From Burkholderiales bacterium (GTDB lineage: Bacteria > Pseudomonadota > Gammaproteobacteria > Burkholderiales > Burkholderiaceae_C), in NCBI GenBank assembly GCA_028868305.1, contig JAGWUS010000005.1:21098-85097 (forward strand): DNA of 64,000 bases, read 5' to 3'. The notes below the pieces were generated by a model. The model ran no database searches, was not told the origin of the DNA, and saw only the letters and a program-made list of their open reading frames with translations. Numbering within the stretch: position 1 is the stretch's first letter; each line of letters opens with the position of its first letter. A program made the position numbers and the translations under genes. This document shows, one piece after another, positions 35,666 to 46,724 of this stretch.

Positions 35666-35694
35666 TTGACATCGGTAGGCAACGCCGATACACT
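35666..35694 (+). promoter_or_regulatory. sigma70-like promoter TTGACA-N17-TACACT for the NlpC/P60 gene (would give a leaderless or near-leaderless mRNA)
   Basis: TTGACA spans 35666-35671, followed by a 17-nt spacer and TACACT at 35689-35694. The ATG is at 35702, only 7 nt after the -10, and there is no SD. Confidence 0.4.
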
Positions 35695-35701
35695 TCTCTG
35701 A

Positions 35702-36256
35702 ATGCGTTTTATATTCTTTTTGATTGCCGCCCTGCTCGCGGTGGCAGTTCATGCTGCGCCCCAGACTTCGTCCGGGGACGAGATGCCACGCATTATTTCT
35801 GACCGCGGTTTGATGGAGCGCATTGGAGAAGTGGGCCTGCGGGTCGAAAGTAAGGCGTCGGAATATGTCGTGAGCGCCATGACATTTCTGGGCGTACCTT
35901 ACAAACGCGGCGGAACAAGCGCTGAGACCGGCTTTGATTGCAGCGGTTTCGTAAAAACCATTTACGAACAGACGGCTGGCCTCATCCTGCCGCGTCGGGC
36001 TGAACAGCAGGCAGCGGCCACCCAACGGATTGACAAAAGTGACCTGCAACCCGGCGACCTGGTGTTTTTCAACACCATGCGCCGCGCGTTTAGCCACGTG
36101 GGCATCTACGTTGGCAACGGCAAGTTCATCCACGCGCCCAAACCTGGAGCGGAAGTTCGCGTAGAAGACATGGGCGTTGCCTACTGGAAGCGTCGCTTTG
36201 ATGGCGCACGCCGCGTCACTGTTGAGCAATCGACCTCCAGCAGCGTCCAGCCTTGA
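35702..36256 (+). CDS. NlpC/P60 (C40) peptidoglycan endopeptidase
   Basis: Signal peptide, catalytic Cys context GFDCSGFV, and the His context HVGIYVGNGKFIHAP. Confidence 0.85.
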   Translation: MRFIFFLIAALLAVAVHAAPQTSSGDEMPRIISDRGLMERIGEVGLRVESKASEYVVSAMTFLGVPYKRGGTSAETGFDCSGFVKTIYEQTAGLILPRRAEQQAAATQRIDKSDLQPGDLVFFNTMRRAFSHVGIYVGNGKFIHAPKPGAEVRVEDMGVAYWKRRFDGARRVTVEQSTSSSVQP

Positions 36257-36276
36257 GCAAGGCGCCCGTGCCGCCC

Positions 36277-37530
36277 ATGCTTTTCACCGATCTGGGGCTC
36301 TGCCCTGCCCTGCTGAATGCCGTAACCAGCAACGGCTTTACAGCACCTACTGCAGTTCAGAGTGCCGCCATTCCGCCAGCCATTGCCGGACAGGACGTTC
36401 TTGCAAAAGCACAAACCGGCTCCGGCAAGACCTTCGCATTTGCACTGCCGCTGTTGCAAACCCTGACGCAAACGAATAGCGCGAGAACCCGATTCCCCAG
36501 AGCACTGGTATTGGTCCCAACCCGTGAACTGGCAGTCCAGGTAGGCGAAGCATTGCATCTCCTGTCGAAGACCATGCCTGAATCCATCAAGGTGAGCGTG
36601 GTGTTTGGCGGCGTGTCCATCAACCCCCAGATGATGGCGCTGCGTGGGGGGACAGACATTGTGGTTGCCACCACCGGACGATTGCTCGACCTACTGGATC
36701 GCAACGCCCTCACCCTTTCATCGGTCAGTATGCTCGTTCTCGACGAGGCTGATCGCATGCTGGATCTGGGCTTTTCTGAAGAACTGCAACGCATCCTGGC
36801 GTTACTACCCGCCAAGCGCCAAAACCTGTTTTTCTCTGCCACCTACCCCGCTGGCGTGGAGGCGTTGGCCAACACGATTCTACAAAACCCTGCGCGGGTG
36901 GATGTCCTTCAGAAAGCCATCGGGCAGCCGGACATTACACAACGCGCCATTGCGGTGGATGCGGCACGCAGGACGCAACTCCTGCGCCATCTGATCACCA
37001 CCGAAACCTGGCCGCGTGTCCTTGTCTTTGTAGCAACCAAACACGCCGCCGAAATCGTGGCAGACAAACTCAGACGCGTGCATATTGACGCCGAGCCATT
37101 TCACGGCGAACTCAGCCAGGGCAAACGCACCCAGGTACTTCACGACTTCAAGGCTTCACGCATCCGGGTTGTCGTAGCTACCGATATGGCTGCGCGTGGT
37201 CTGGACATCACGCAGTTGCCAGCAGTGGTGAATTTCGACCTGCCCCGCTCTTCCGCAGACTACACCCACCGCATTGGCAGAACCGGCCGCGCCGGCGAGG
37301 CTGGCATCGCCATCAGTTTTGTAAGCGCAGTCACCGAGCCGCACTTCCAGTTGATCGAGCGACGCCAGGGGCATGCCGTTCCCCGTGAAGTCATCGCTGG
37401 TTTCGAACGGACCGAAGCTGCGCCGGTATCAGCAGACTCCGCCCATGGTGGCATCAAGGGCAAGCGCCCGAGCAAGAAGGACAAACTGCGCGCTGCCCAG
37501 GCAGCCCAAACAGACCCGTCCAGCGCCTGA
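36277..37530 (+). CDS. rhlE: DEAD-box ATP-dependent RNA helicase (RhlE-like)
   Basis: Q-motif region, AQTGSGKTFAF, DEAD, SAT, HRIGRTGRAG and a basic C-terminal tail. I preferred the ATG at 36277 over the track's TTG at 36253. Confidence 0.85.
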   Translation: MLFTDLGLCPALLNAVTSNGFTAPTAVQSAAIPPAIAGQDVLAKAQTGSGKTFAFALPLLQTLTQTNSARTRFPRALVLVPTRELAVQVGEALHLLSKTMPESIKVSVVFGGVSINPQMMALRGGTDIVVATTGRLLDLLDRNALTLSSVSMLVLDEADRMLDLGFSEELQRILALLPAKRQNLFFSATYPAGVEALANTILQNPARVDVLQKAIGQPDITQRAIAVDAARRTQLLRHLITTETWPRVLVFVATKHAAEIVADKLRRVHIDAEPFHGELSQGKRTQVLHDFKASRIRVVVATDMAARGLDITQLPAVVNFDLPRSSADYTHRIGRTGRAGEAGIAISFVSAVTEPHFQLIERRQGHAVPREVIAGFERTEAAPVSADSAHGGIKGKRPSKKDKLRAAQAAQTDPSSA

Positions 37531-37573
37531 TGCAATTCACGGGGAGTGGCCGCAAGGCCTACCTCCGCCCGGA

Positions 37574-39787
37574 TTACTTTGCAGCTTTGGCTGCGGCCTT
37601 CTTTGCAACCGCTTTCTTCACCGCAACTTTTGGACTTGCCACCTTTTTGGTGGCAATCGTTTTGGCGAGAGCTTTGACTGGCGCATTTGCTGTGACAGCT
37701 TTCTTCGCTGGCGCTTTTTTGGCTGCCGGCTTATCGACTTTTACAGATTCGTTGGTCTTCCAGGTCAGCCGCGCCTTCTTTGCAAGCTTCACGACCTTGG
37801 CAATATCTTCATCACTGAAGACACCATTGACCCCTGAAATGGCGGCCAGCTTCATGCCGTGCTTGAGACCCAGCTTGTAGATTTCCTTGACCTTTTCCCA
37901 CTCGGTATCGCGGCCCACGGTGAACACTTCAAAGCGCCCCTCCAGAGCGAGGACGATGGTTTCAGCCAGACATGCGTAAATCACGTTCGGCGGCAGGCCA
38001 ATGCTCTTGAGGCCCTTGACCTTGGTCGGCAGATCAATCTCGCCAGACTCAATTACTAGCACGTCGGGCCGCTTGGCCACATCTTCTGCTGGCAAATCCA
38101 GCGGACGTGCCACGTCGGTGATCACACAGCCTGGCTTGACCTTCATGATGTCCAGAATTTCTTTGCCTGCACCGGATGTGGAGGTCACGATCATGTCCAT
38201 GTCGGAGAGCAGATCGTTGTAGTCGATGGTGGTAAACACCTTGGCATCCGGCGTCTCCTTCAGGATCGACGCCTTGAGTTCATCCAGCTTGCTCAGCGTG
38301 CGGCCCGCCAGGTAGACCTCGTCAAACGACATCGCCAGCAAACGTGCACTAACCGAGCCAATGGAGCCGGAGGCGCCAATCACCATGGTTTTGGCAGCAA
38401 CTTTCTTGTTGTGCTTGTTGATTGTCAGAAGGCCCATGCGGCGCATGGCATCGGCAGCAGCCCACAGCGCACCGGACGCCGAGTAACTGTTGCCCGTGGT
38501 AATGGGCAAACTGGAACGGCGCGCCACGGTAACACCCGCGTCTCCCACCACTTTGGTAAAAGCCCCCAGGCCCATGATCTGGGCCCCCATTTTTTCGGCA
38601 ATTTTGGAAGCGTGCAACAGACGCCGGTAGGTGAACTCCGGACTGCGCGAGAGCATTTCCTTGGGTGTACCACCCACCGAGATCAGCCACCCCTCTGCTT
38701 CCGCTCCCGTGGGAGAAATGATGTTCTCCATCTTGCAATACACCATGGGAGGCATATGCGCCGCCAGTGTCTCGACCTTGTCCATGACGAACTTGGGCGT
38801 GGACTTCGGGATGGGAAAGGCGTTACGGATGTAGTTCTGACTCAGCGGGTGAATCACAAAAGCAAAGCGGCGAATATTGCGGAATTTGCCCGTGGGGTGC
38901 AGCAATCGCGGCGCGATCGCGAGTTCATCCAGTATTTCTTCAAAGTCGTCATCCGACACTTCGTCGGTCCCCTTCTCCAGCGCCGCAAGAATCATGGCCT
39001 CGATGGTGTTGACACCCACTACCTTGTCGAACAACTTGGGGGAAACGTCCACCACCAGATTGACTTTGCACTTGGCGAAGAATGCCATGCGCTCATCATC
39101 CACCGCAGAGGTAATCAGCGTCTTGCCTTCCAGATTGGACGGATTGCCCACTGCCTTGATCTCGGCGAAGGTACCCACAATCACATGGGACTTGGCCACC
39201 ACGCCGGCAATGCGCTTGCCCTTGAAACCCGACATGGAGGCTTCCAGCATCTCGCCCGATTTTCCCGACAGCATCCATTCACTGCCCTTGGCAAACAGTT
39301 CCAGTTGCTCCAGCGAGGTCAGCATGGCTGGGGCACCGGTCTGGAATAGCGCATCGGCAAAACTCAGGTTCTTGCTGTAGTCCGACAGGGCCACCGCCAT
39401 GTCGTAATTGCGCATGCCCGAGAGGAACAGGATGAGGTTGTTGTTGAAATAGTTGCCCAGCTCTTTTTGCACATACCGCACCGCGCGCACCTGCAAAAGG
39501 CGCCGCAATGTGGCGCCGGTGGTTGCCGGAATACGCGTCACCACGTTGAGCAGGCGCTGTGTCTCCTTATTCACGACGGTGCGCAAACCCACCTGGTAAT
39601 GGTCGCCGATTTCCCCCAGACCGATGGCGTCCACTGTGGCCTGCTGGCGACGCATCAGTTCCCATGCCTTACCCGTATCGTTGTCCGCACCCATGCGCTT
39701 GACCGAAAACGATTGCCCCAGAAAATCGGTCTTGAATTCGAAATCCTGTTTGGACGAACCCAGCGTCACTGTCACTACTTTTTTCAT
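37574..39787 (-). CDS. three-part fusion: unknown N-terminal domain (about 290 aa) + acyl-ACP-reductase-like (COG5322) Rossmann dehydrogenase + Lys/Ala-rich histone-H1-like tail
   Basis: The middle and C-terminal part aligns by eye with cyanobacterial acyl-ACP reductase: GLGAFTKVVGD, ITTGNSYSA, the Rossmann motif VIGASGSIGSVSARLL and IYACLAETIVLALEG. The last 54 residues contain 17 Lys (...KKAVAKKAAAKAAK). Confidence 0.6.
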   Translation of the reverse strand: MKKVVTVTLGSSKQDFEFKTDFLGQSFSVKRMGADNDTGKAWELMRRQQATVDAIGLGEIGDHYQVGLRTVVNKETQRLLNVVTRIPATTGATLRRLLQVRAVRYVQKELGNYFNNNLILFLSGMRNYDMAVALSDYSKNLSFADALFQTGAPAMLTSLEQLELFAKGSEWMLSGKSGEMLEASMSGFKGKRIAGVVAKSHVIVGTFAEIKAVGNPSNLEGKTLITSAVDDERMAFFAKCKVNLVVDVSPKLFDKVVGVNTIEAMILAALEKGTDEVSDDDFEEILDELAIAPRLLHPTGKFRNIRRFAFVIHPLSQNYIRNAFPIPKSTPKFVMDKVETLAAHMPPMVYCKMENIISPTGAEAEGWLISVGGTPKEMLSRSPEFTYRRLLHASKIAEKMGAQIMGLGAFTKVVGDAGVTVARRSSLPITTGNSYSASGALWAAADAMRRMGLLTINKHNKKVAAKTMVIGASGSIGSVSARLLAMSFDEVYLAGRTLSKLDELKASILKETPDAKVFTTIDYNDLLSDMDMIVTSTSGAGKEILDIMKVKPGCVITDVARPLDLPAEDVAKRPDVLVIESGEIDLPTKVKGLKSIGLPPNVIYACLAETIVLALEGRFEVFTVGRDTEWEKVKEIYKLGLKHGMKLAAISGVNGVFSDEDIAKVVKLAKKARLTWKTNESVKVDKPAAKKAPAKKAVTANAPVKALAKTIATKKVASPKVAVKKAVAKKAAAKAAK

Positions 39788-39818
39788 TGCATTGCTCCTC
39801 TTTGTTGTTGTCGCTGCA

Positions 39819-41114
39819 TCACGCTGGCTTGCGGGTGGTCTTGCGCGCGGACTTGGTTGCTGGCTTCGTGGCGGCCCCGGGCGCGGCCTTGGGCGGCAGG
39901 GCCTGGCGAATCAGATCTTCACACACCGCCTGGGACATATACCGTGGCACCGGGTAACCGGTGTGCGCCTCATGGCATGCGGCTTTGGCCAGTGCAGGGA
40001 TATCCGATTCTTTCAAAGCCTCCAGATACAGAGGAATCCCCAGATCATGGTTCAGTGCATCCACGGCGTCGAGAAACTTCTGTGCCAGCACGTCCGTATC
40101 TTCGCCTTCCACGCCGACGCGTGCGCGCACCGCCAGAAGCGCTAGGCGACGGGTAATTGCGGGACTGGAATACTTCAACACCAGCGGCAGCATGATGGCA
40201 TTGGCCAACCCATGGGGCGTGTGGTACCTGCCGCCAAACTGGTGTGCAATGGCGTGCACATAACCCACATTGGCACGGGTAAAAGCAAAGCCGGCGTAGG
40301 TAGAGGCCAGGGCCATTTTTTCCCGTGCTTCCAGGTTCTTGCCATCGCGGTAAGCCGTGCGCAGGTTTTCAAAAATCAGGCCTACGGCCGACAGCGCCAT
40401 GCCATCGGAATACGGCGTGCACCAGTTGCCAACAAAGGCTTCAATTGCATGCGTCAGGGCATCAATGCCGGTGGCGGCGGTGATATGCGGCGGCAACCCG
40501 GTCATCAGGTTGGGGTCCAGCGCCGCCATCTTGGGCACCATCCGAGGATCGACGATCACCAGCTTGGCCTGTCGCTCGGGGTCGGAAATTACGGCTGCCA
40601 CGGTCACTTCAGATCCGGTGCCGGCAGTAGTGGGCACCGCATAAATCTTGATTGGGGAATTGAGTCCCTTGAGGTAGCCCGCCAGCTTGCGCAAAGGCTT
40701 GGGGTTGGCAATGGAAACCGCAATCGCCTTGGACGCGTCCATGGAAGAGCCCCCCCCAAAAGCCACAATCGCGTCGCAGTCATGCTCCTTGTAAAACGCA
40801 ATGCCTTTCTCAATGAGCGGAATGGGTGCGTCGGGCGTGATTTCATCGAACACCACGTACTCGGCGCCCCCGGCAGACAGTGCATCGGTCAGGTCCTTGA
40901 GCAAGCCCAGTTTGGAGATGATGCTGTCCGTCACGATGAGGATTTTGGAGTGCCCCATTCCTGCCACCGCCTGCCCCAGACGCCCGCTGGAGCCAGGCCC
41001 GATCAGTAGCGTTGGCTGCGGGATGGGAATGAACCGCGTCACCAGACCGGCACCTTTCATCAGCGCCCCCAGTCCCGCAGCGCGCATGGAATCGGACATC
41101 AAATCGGAAATCAT
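39819..41114 (-). CDS. iron-containing (group III) alcohol dehydrogenase with a basic Pro/Lys/Thr-rich C-terminal tail
   Basis: Contains the GGGSSMDASKA motif and metal-binding His residues (HAIEAF, HAIAHQFGGRYHTPHG). The start is the ATG at 41112-41114, after GGGGGAGAG. The tail is ...PPKAAPGAATKPATKSARKTTRKPA. Confidence 0.85.
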   Translation of the reverse strand: MISDLMSDSMRAAGLGALMKGAGLVTRFIPIPQPTLLIGPGSSGRLGQAVAGMGHSKILIVTDSIISKLGLLKDLTDALSAGGAEYVVFDEITPDAPIPLIEKGIAFYKEHDCDAIVAFGGGSSMDASKAIAVSIANPKPLRKLAGYLKGLNSPIKIYAVPTTAGTGSEVTVAAVISDPERQAKLVIVDPRMVPKMAALDPNLMTGLPPHITAATGIDALTHAIEAFVGNWCTPYSDGMALSAVGLIFENLRTAYRDGKNLEAREKMALASTYAGFAFTRANVGYVHAIAHQFGGRYHTPHGLANAIMLPLVLKYSSPAITRRLALLAVRARVGVEGEDTDVLAQKFLDAVDALNHDLGIPLYLEALKESDIPALAKAACHEAHTGYPVPRYMSQAVCEDLIRQALPPKAAPGAATKPATKSARKTTRKPA

Positions 41115-41240
41115 CACAACTCTCCCCCTACAAATCAGGACCAAACCTACGGAACACCCCACCGGGATATTCCTACGCGTCCATTCTGCATGATCCCGGG
41201 TGGAGTGCGCTACCTACTTGGGCTAGGGCAAACCCCGCCT

Positions 41241-42053
41241 TCAGTCCTTGAAAGCTGGCTTTCGTCTGGAAGCGTTAGCGGCCATGGCCTCGCCAAGGTC
41301 TTTGCTCATCAGCATGGCAGCATTCCAGGTGGCGATGTAGTTCAGGCCGTCCGCTACCGTGTGATCCCGCGCGTAAGTGATCATTTCCTTGGTGCCACGG
41401 ATCGACAACGGCGATTTGGCGGCGATGGTCGCCGCAATCTCACGCACACCAGCGTAGAGTTCCTCACGGCTTGCAAAGACCCGGTTCACAAGATGCATTT
41501 CGCGGGCCTCCTCGGCCGTGAAATTGCGCCCGGTATAGGCCAACTCGCGCGCCATGCCATCGCCAATCAGGCGCGGCAAACGCTGCAGGGTGCCCACATC
41601 GGCCGTCATGCCGATATCGATTTCCTTGATGGTGAAATACGCGTCCGCACTGGCGTAGCGCATGTCGGCGCAGGTGATCATGTCGATGCCGCCACCCACG
41701 CAGGCACCATGAATGGCCACCATCACCGGTTTGCGGCAGCGCTCCATGCTGGTCAGGGTGTCCTGCAGGTCCAAAATGACACGGCGCAGGCCTTCGCGGG
41801 TACGGCCATCACAGTCGTTCTGGATCTGCGCATTCAGACCCATCAGCATCGTCAGGTCGATGCCGGCAGTAAAGAGCTTGCCCTCGCCCTGCAGAATGGC
41901 CACGCGTGCCTCGGGCGTTTCATCCACCCAGCGAAAGGCCTTGCGGATCTCTTCCCACATGGTGGCGTTCATGGCATTGGCCTTTTCGGGCCGGTTCAGG
42001 CGCAAGGTGGCGATGTGGTCTTCCAGCGTGACGCTGAGGGTTTCAAACTGCAT
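41241..42053 (-). CDS. crotonase-fold enoyl-CoA hydratase/isomerase (dienoyl-CoA-isomerase-like)
   Basis: N-terminus LRLNRPEKANAMN...FTAGIDL. The start is the ATG at 42051-42053, after AAGGAGA. Confidence 0.75.
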   Translation of the reverse strand: MQFETLSVTLEDHIATLRLNRPEKANAMNATMWEEIRKAFRWVDETPEARVAILQGEGKLFTAGIDLTMLMGLNAQIQNDCDGRTREGLRRVILDLQDTLTSMERCRKPVMVAIHGACVGGGIDMITCADMRYASADAYFTIKEIDIGMTADVGTLQRLPRLIGDGMARELAYTGRNFTAEEAREMHLVNRVFASREELYAGVREIAATIAAKSPLSIRGTKEMITYARDHTVADGLNYIATWNAAMLMSKDLGEAMAANASRRKPAFKD

Positions 42054-42071
42054 AGTGTCTCCTTGTAGCAA

Positions 42072-44609
<2,538 letters not shown>

Positions 44610-44612
44610 CTA

Positions 44613-44626
44613 TGCAACCAGTTGCA
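44613..44626. promoter_or_regulatory. operator-like palindrome copy 1 (TGCAAC-CA-GTTGCA) in the fadH/padR divergent region
   Basis: This is the core of the 15-nt repeat ATGCAACCAGTTGCA. It lies 46 nt upstream of the fadH start. Confidence 0.45.
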
Positions 44627-44652
44627 ATAGTTTAGGAGAAGCGCCAAACTAA

Positions 44653-44666
44653 TGCAACCAGTTGCA
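44653..44666. promoter_or_regulatory. operator-like palindrome copy 2 (TGCAAC-CA-GTTGCA)
   Basis: An identical 15-nt ATGCAACCAGTTGCA lies 40 bp from copy 1 and 32 nt upstream of the padR ATG. Confidence 0.45.
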
Positions 44667-44697
44667 TAGTTGCAGTGCAGCACGTAGACTGGCGCCC

Positions 44698-45234
44698 ATG
44701 TCGCTCGCCCACGCAGTTTTGACCTCGCTGATGGAAAAGTCGTCTTCCGGCTACGACCTGGCACGCCGGTTTGACAAGTCCATTGGCTATTTCTGGCACG
44801 CCACCCACCAGCAGATTTACCGTGAACTCGCCCGCATGGAAGCAGCAGGCTGGATTGAATCCAGCTCGGCCCCCGACGCGGGCAAGACCCGCAAACGCGA
44901 GTACCGGGTGCTGCCCGCCGGGCGCACCGAACTGGCGCGCTGGGCCTGCGCACCTTCGCCTCCCCCAGATTTGCGCGACGAGTTCATGGTGAAGCTACGG
45001 GCCGATGCGGCCCTGGGCGAGGTGGACCTGCGCGATGAATTGCGCCGGCACATCGCGTTGCACCAGGACAAGCTGACCCAGTACCGCGCTATCGAACTGC
45101 GCGACTTTGCGCAAGGCAAGCCCCTGACCCGCCACGCGCGCATCCAGCACATGATTCTCAAGAAAGGCATCCTGTACGAGGAAGGCTCGATTTCCTGGGG
45201 CCAGGAATTGCTGGGAATACTGGGTGGCGCCTGA
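44698..45234 (+). CDS. PadR-family transcriptional regulator
   Basis: Winged HTH (AVLTSLMEKSSSGYDLARRFDKSIGYFWHATHQQIYRELARMEAAGW). I preferred the ATG at 44698 over the one at 44662. Confidence 0.8.
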   Translation: MSLAHAVLTSLMEKSSSGYDLARRFDKSIGYFWHATHQQIYRELARMEAAGWIESSSAPDAGKTRKREYRVLPAGRTELARWACAPSPPPDLRDEFMVKLRADAALGEVDLRDELRRHIALHQDKLTQYRAIELRDFAQGKPLTRHARIQHMILKKGILYEEGSISWGQELLGILGGA

Positions 45235-45339
45235 CCCGGATTGTGAGCCAAATCGGGCTCCAGCCCCCGGATAGCATGCACAAGTAGCTACAACTTTTGT
45301 AGCAAATGCAGCTGCTGCATGAAGACCTGGTCCGGCCTG

Positions 45340-46116
45340 TCAGGGGCGCTGTGTGTACTTGGGCGGGCGTTTTTCCAGAAACGCTTGGATGCCTTCCTGC
45401 GCATCGGGTGTCATGGCCGCGGTGGCCATGCGCTCTACCGCAAAGGCATAAGCCTGGTCTTGCGGCAACTCCATCTGGCGGTAAAAAGCCTGTTTGCCCA
45501 ATGCCTTGGAGGCAGCGCTGCCGCGCGTTGCGCGCTGGATCAGATCCAGCGTGGCAGCCTCCAGCTGGTCTGGAGGCACCGCCTTGTTGATCAGCCCCCA
45601 CTGGGCTGCCGTTGCGGCATCAACGGCGTCGCCGGTCATGGCCATTTCAAGCGCACGCTTGCGTCCGATATTGCGCGCCACGGCCACCACCGGCGTGTGG
45701 CAGAACAGCCCCGCCTTGCCACCCGGAATCGCAAAGCTGGCAGTATCCGCCGCGACCGCCAGATCGCAGGTGGCCACCAGTTGGCAACCGGCCGCGGTGG
45801 CCAGCGCATGCACCCGCGCCACCACCGGCTGGGGCATGGACTGCACTGCGTTCATCATGTCGGTGCACACCGCAAACAGCTCCCGAGCCTGCTCCAGGCT
45901 GGCACCGGCCATATCCGCAAAATTGTGCCCCGCACTGAACACCGGCCCGTTGGCTGCCAGGATCACACCCAGCGCATCGGACTGCGCTATGGCATGCAGC
46001 GCCTGCGTCAGCTCCTGCATGACGCTCAAAGCCAGTGCATTGCGCTTTTCGGGCCGGTTCAGCGTGATCGTGGTAATGGGGCCATCGGTGGTGACCAGAA
46101 TATTTTCGAACGGCAT
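45340..46116 (-). CDS. enoyl-CoA hydratase/isomerase family protein
   Basis: N-terminus ITLNRPEKRNALA...VFSAGHNF, a crotonase fold. The start is the ATG at 46114-46116. Confidence 0.8.
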   Translation of the reverse strand: MPFENILVTTDGPITTITLNRPEKRNALALSVMQELTQALHAIAQSDALGVILAANGPVFSAGHNFADMAGASLEQARELFAVCTDMMNAVQSMPQPVVARVHALATAAGCQLVATCDLAVAADTASFAIPGGKAGLFCHTPVVAVARNIGRKRALEMAMTGDAVDAATAAQWGLINKAVPPDQLEAATLDLIQRATRGSAASKALGKQAFYRQMELPQDQAYAFAVERMATAAMTPDAQEGIQAFLEKRPPKYTQRP

Positions 46117-46117
46117 A

Positions 46118-46672
46118 TCAGCTCCCTTTTGCATTGGCAGGTGGCTTGAAAAACATTGGATGGTGGCGCGCCACCACCGGTCCGGCCAGATCCCAGGCCA
46201 GGCAACGGCCCAGGTGGTGGGGTGGCTTGGTGGGGTCGCTGGCCGACGCGTCTTCCGGCAGGGTCTGGTACGCGGCGGTCGCCATGTTGTACAGAAGCTC
46301 CCTCAGATGGGCGCAGCCCTGAATGCCCCCCAGATGCTGCTCGATGGCCCGGCGCCATCCGGGCCCCATGGTGCTGCCCACCATGCGGTGCATGGGCGCC
46401 TGCGCCTGGGGACATTCGCGGTGTGGCACATCGTCCATGCTCACCGCAATGTCACGCACCACCAGCGCGTCATCAATGGTCACGCGGATCGACATGCCGT
46501 GGATAGGCTCGCCGGGCTGCCATACACCGTCGCCGGGTATCTCAAACACCTGGTCTTTGGTGTCGCGCAATTCCCCTTCAATGTCCCACAGACCGTCCTC
46601 CCGGCGGTAACCGCGGTAAACCGTGGTGCGGGTATGTTGGGCGGTGCGCGGTGCGGGCTGTGGCAATGGCAA
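46118..46672 (-). CDS. DUF2889-like protein
   Basis: 184 aa. The GCAHLRELL motif and overall length match my recollection of DUF2889. Its stop is 1 nt from the hydratase start. Confidence 0.5.
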   Translation of the reverse strand: MPLPQPAPRTAQHTRTTVYRGYRREDGLWDIEGELRDTKDQVFEIPGDGVWQPGEPIHGMSIRVTIDDALVVRDIAVSMDDVPHRECPQAQAPMHRMVGSTMGPGWRRAIEQHLGGIQGCAHLRELLYNMATAAYQTLPEDASASDPTKPPHHLGRCLAWDLAGPVVARHHPMFFKPPANAKGS

Positions 46673-46724
46673 TTCGGGACTCCTTGTAATGGTCTAGCTA
46701 AGATCTGCGAATCAGGAGCCAGGG

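Larger units (their letters stand above)
35466..35701. other. AT-rich intergenic island (31% GC by hand count; first 100 nt about 20%) between divergent tetR and nlpC/P60 genes
   Basis: I counted 72 G+C in 236 nt, against roughly 60% in the flanking DNA. It contains nested palindromes and promoter-like hexamers. Confidence 0.8.

Noticed and set aside
35494-35682. 62-aa minus-strand ORF inside the AT-rich island
   Set aside because: The frame is open only because of the AT-rich composition. The product is Asn/Ile/Phe/Leu-rich with no SD. The region is better explained as a divergent promoter/operator region.
37531-37573. Bidirectional terminator between the convergent rhlE-like gene and the 737-aa gene
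   Set aside because: Only a 4-bp GGCC-GCAA-GGCC stem is present, which is too weak to call.
41162-41199. Inverted repeat CCGGGAT-N24-ATCCCGG between the crotonase gene and the alcohol dehydrogenase gene, as a terminator
   Set aside because: The 24-nt loop is too large for an intrinsic terminator, and no U-tract follows. It may be an operator, but nothing else supports that.
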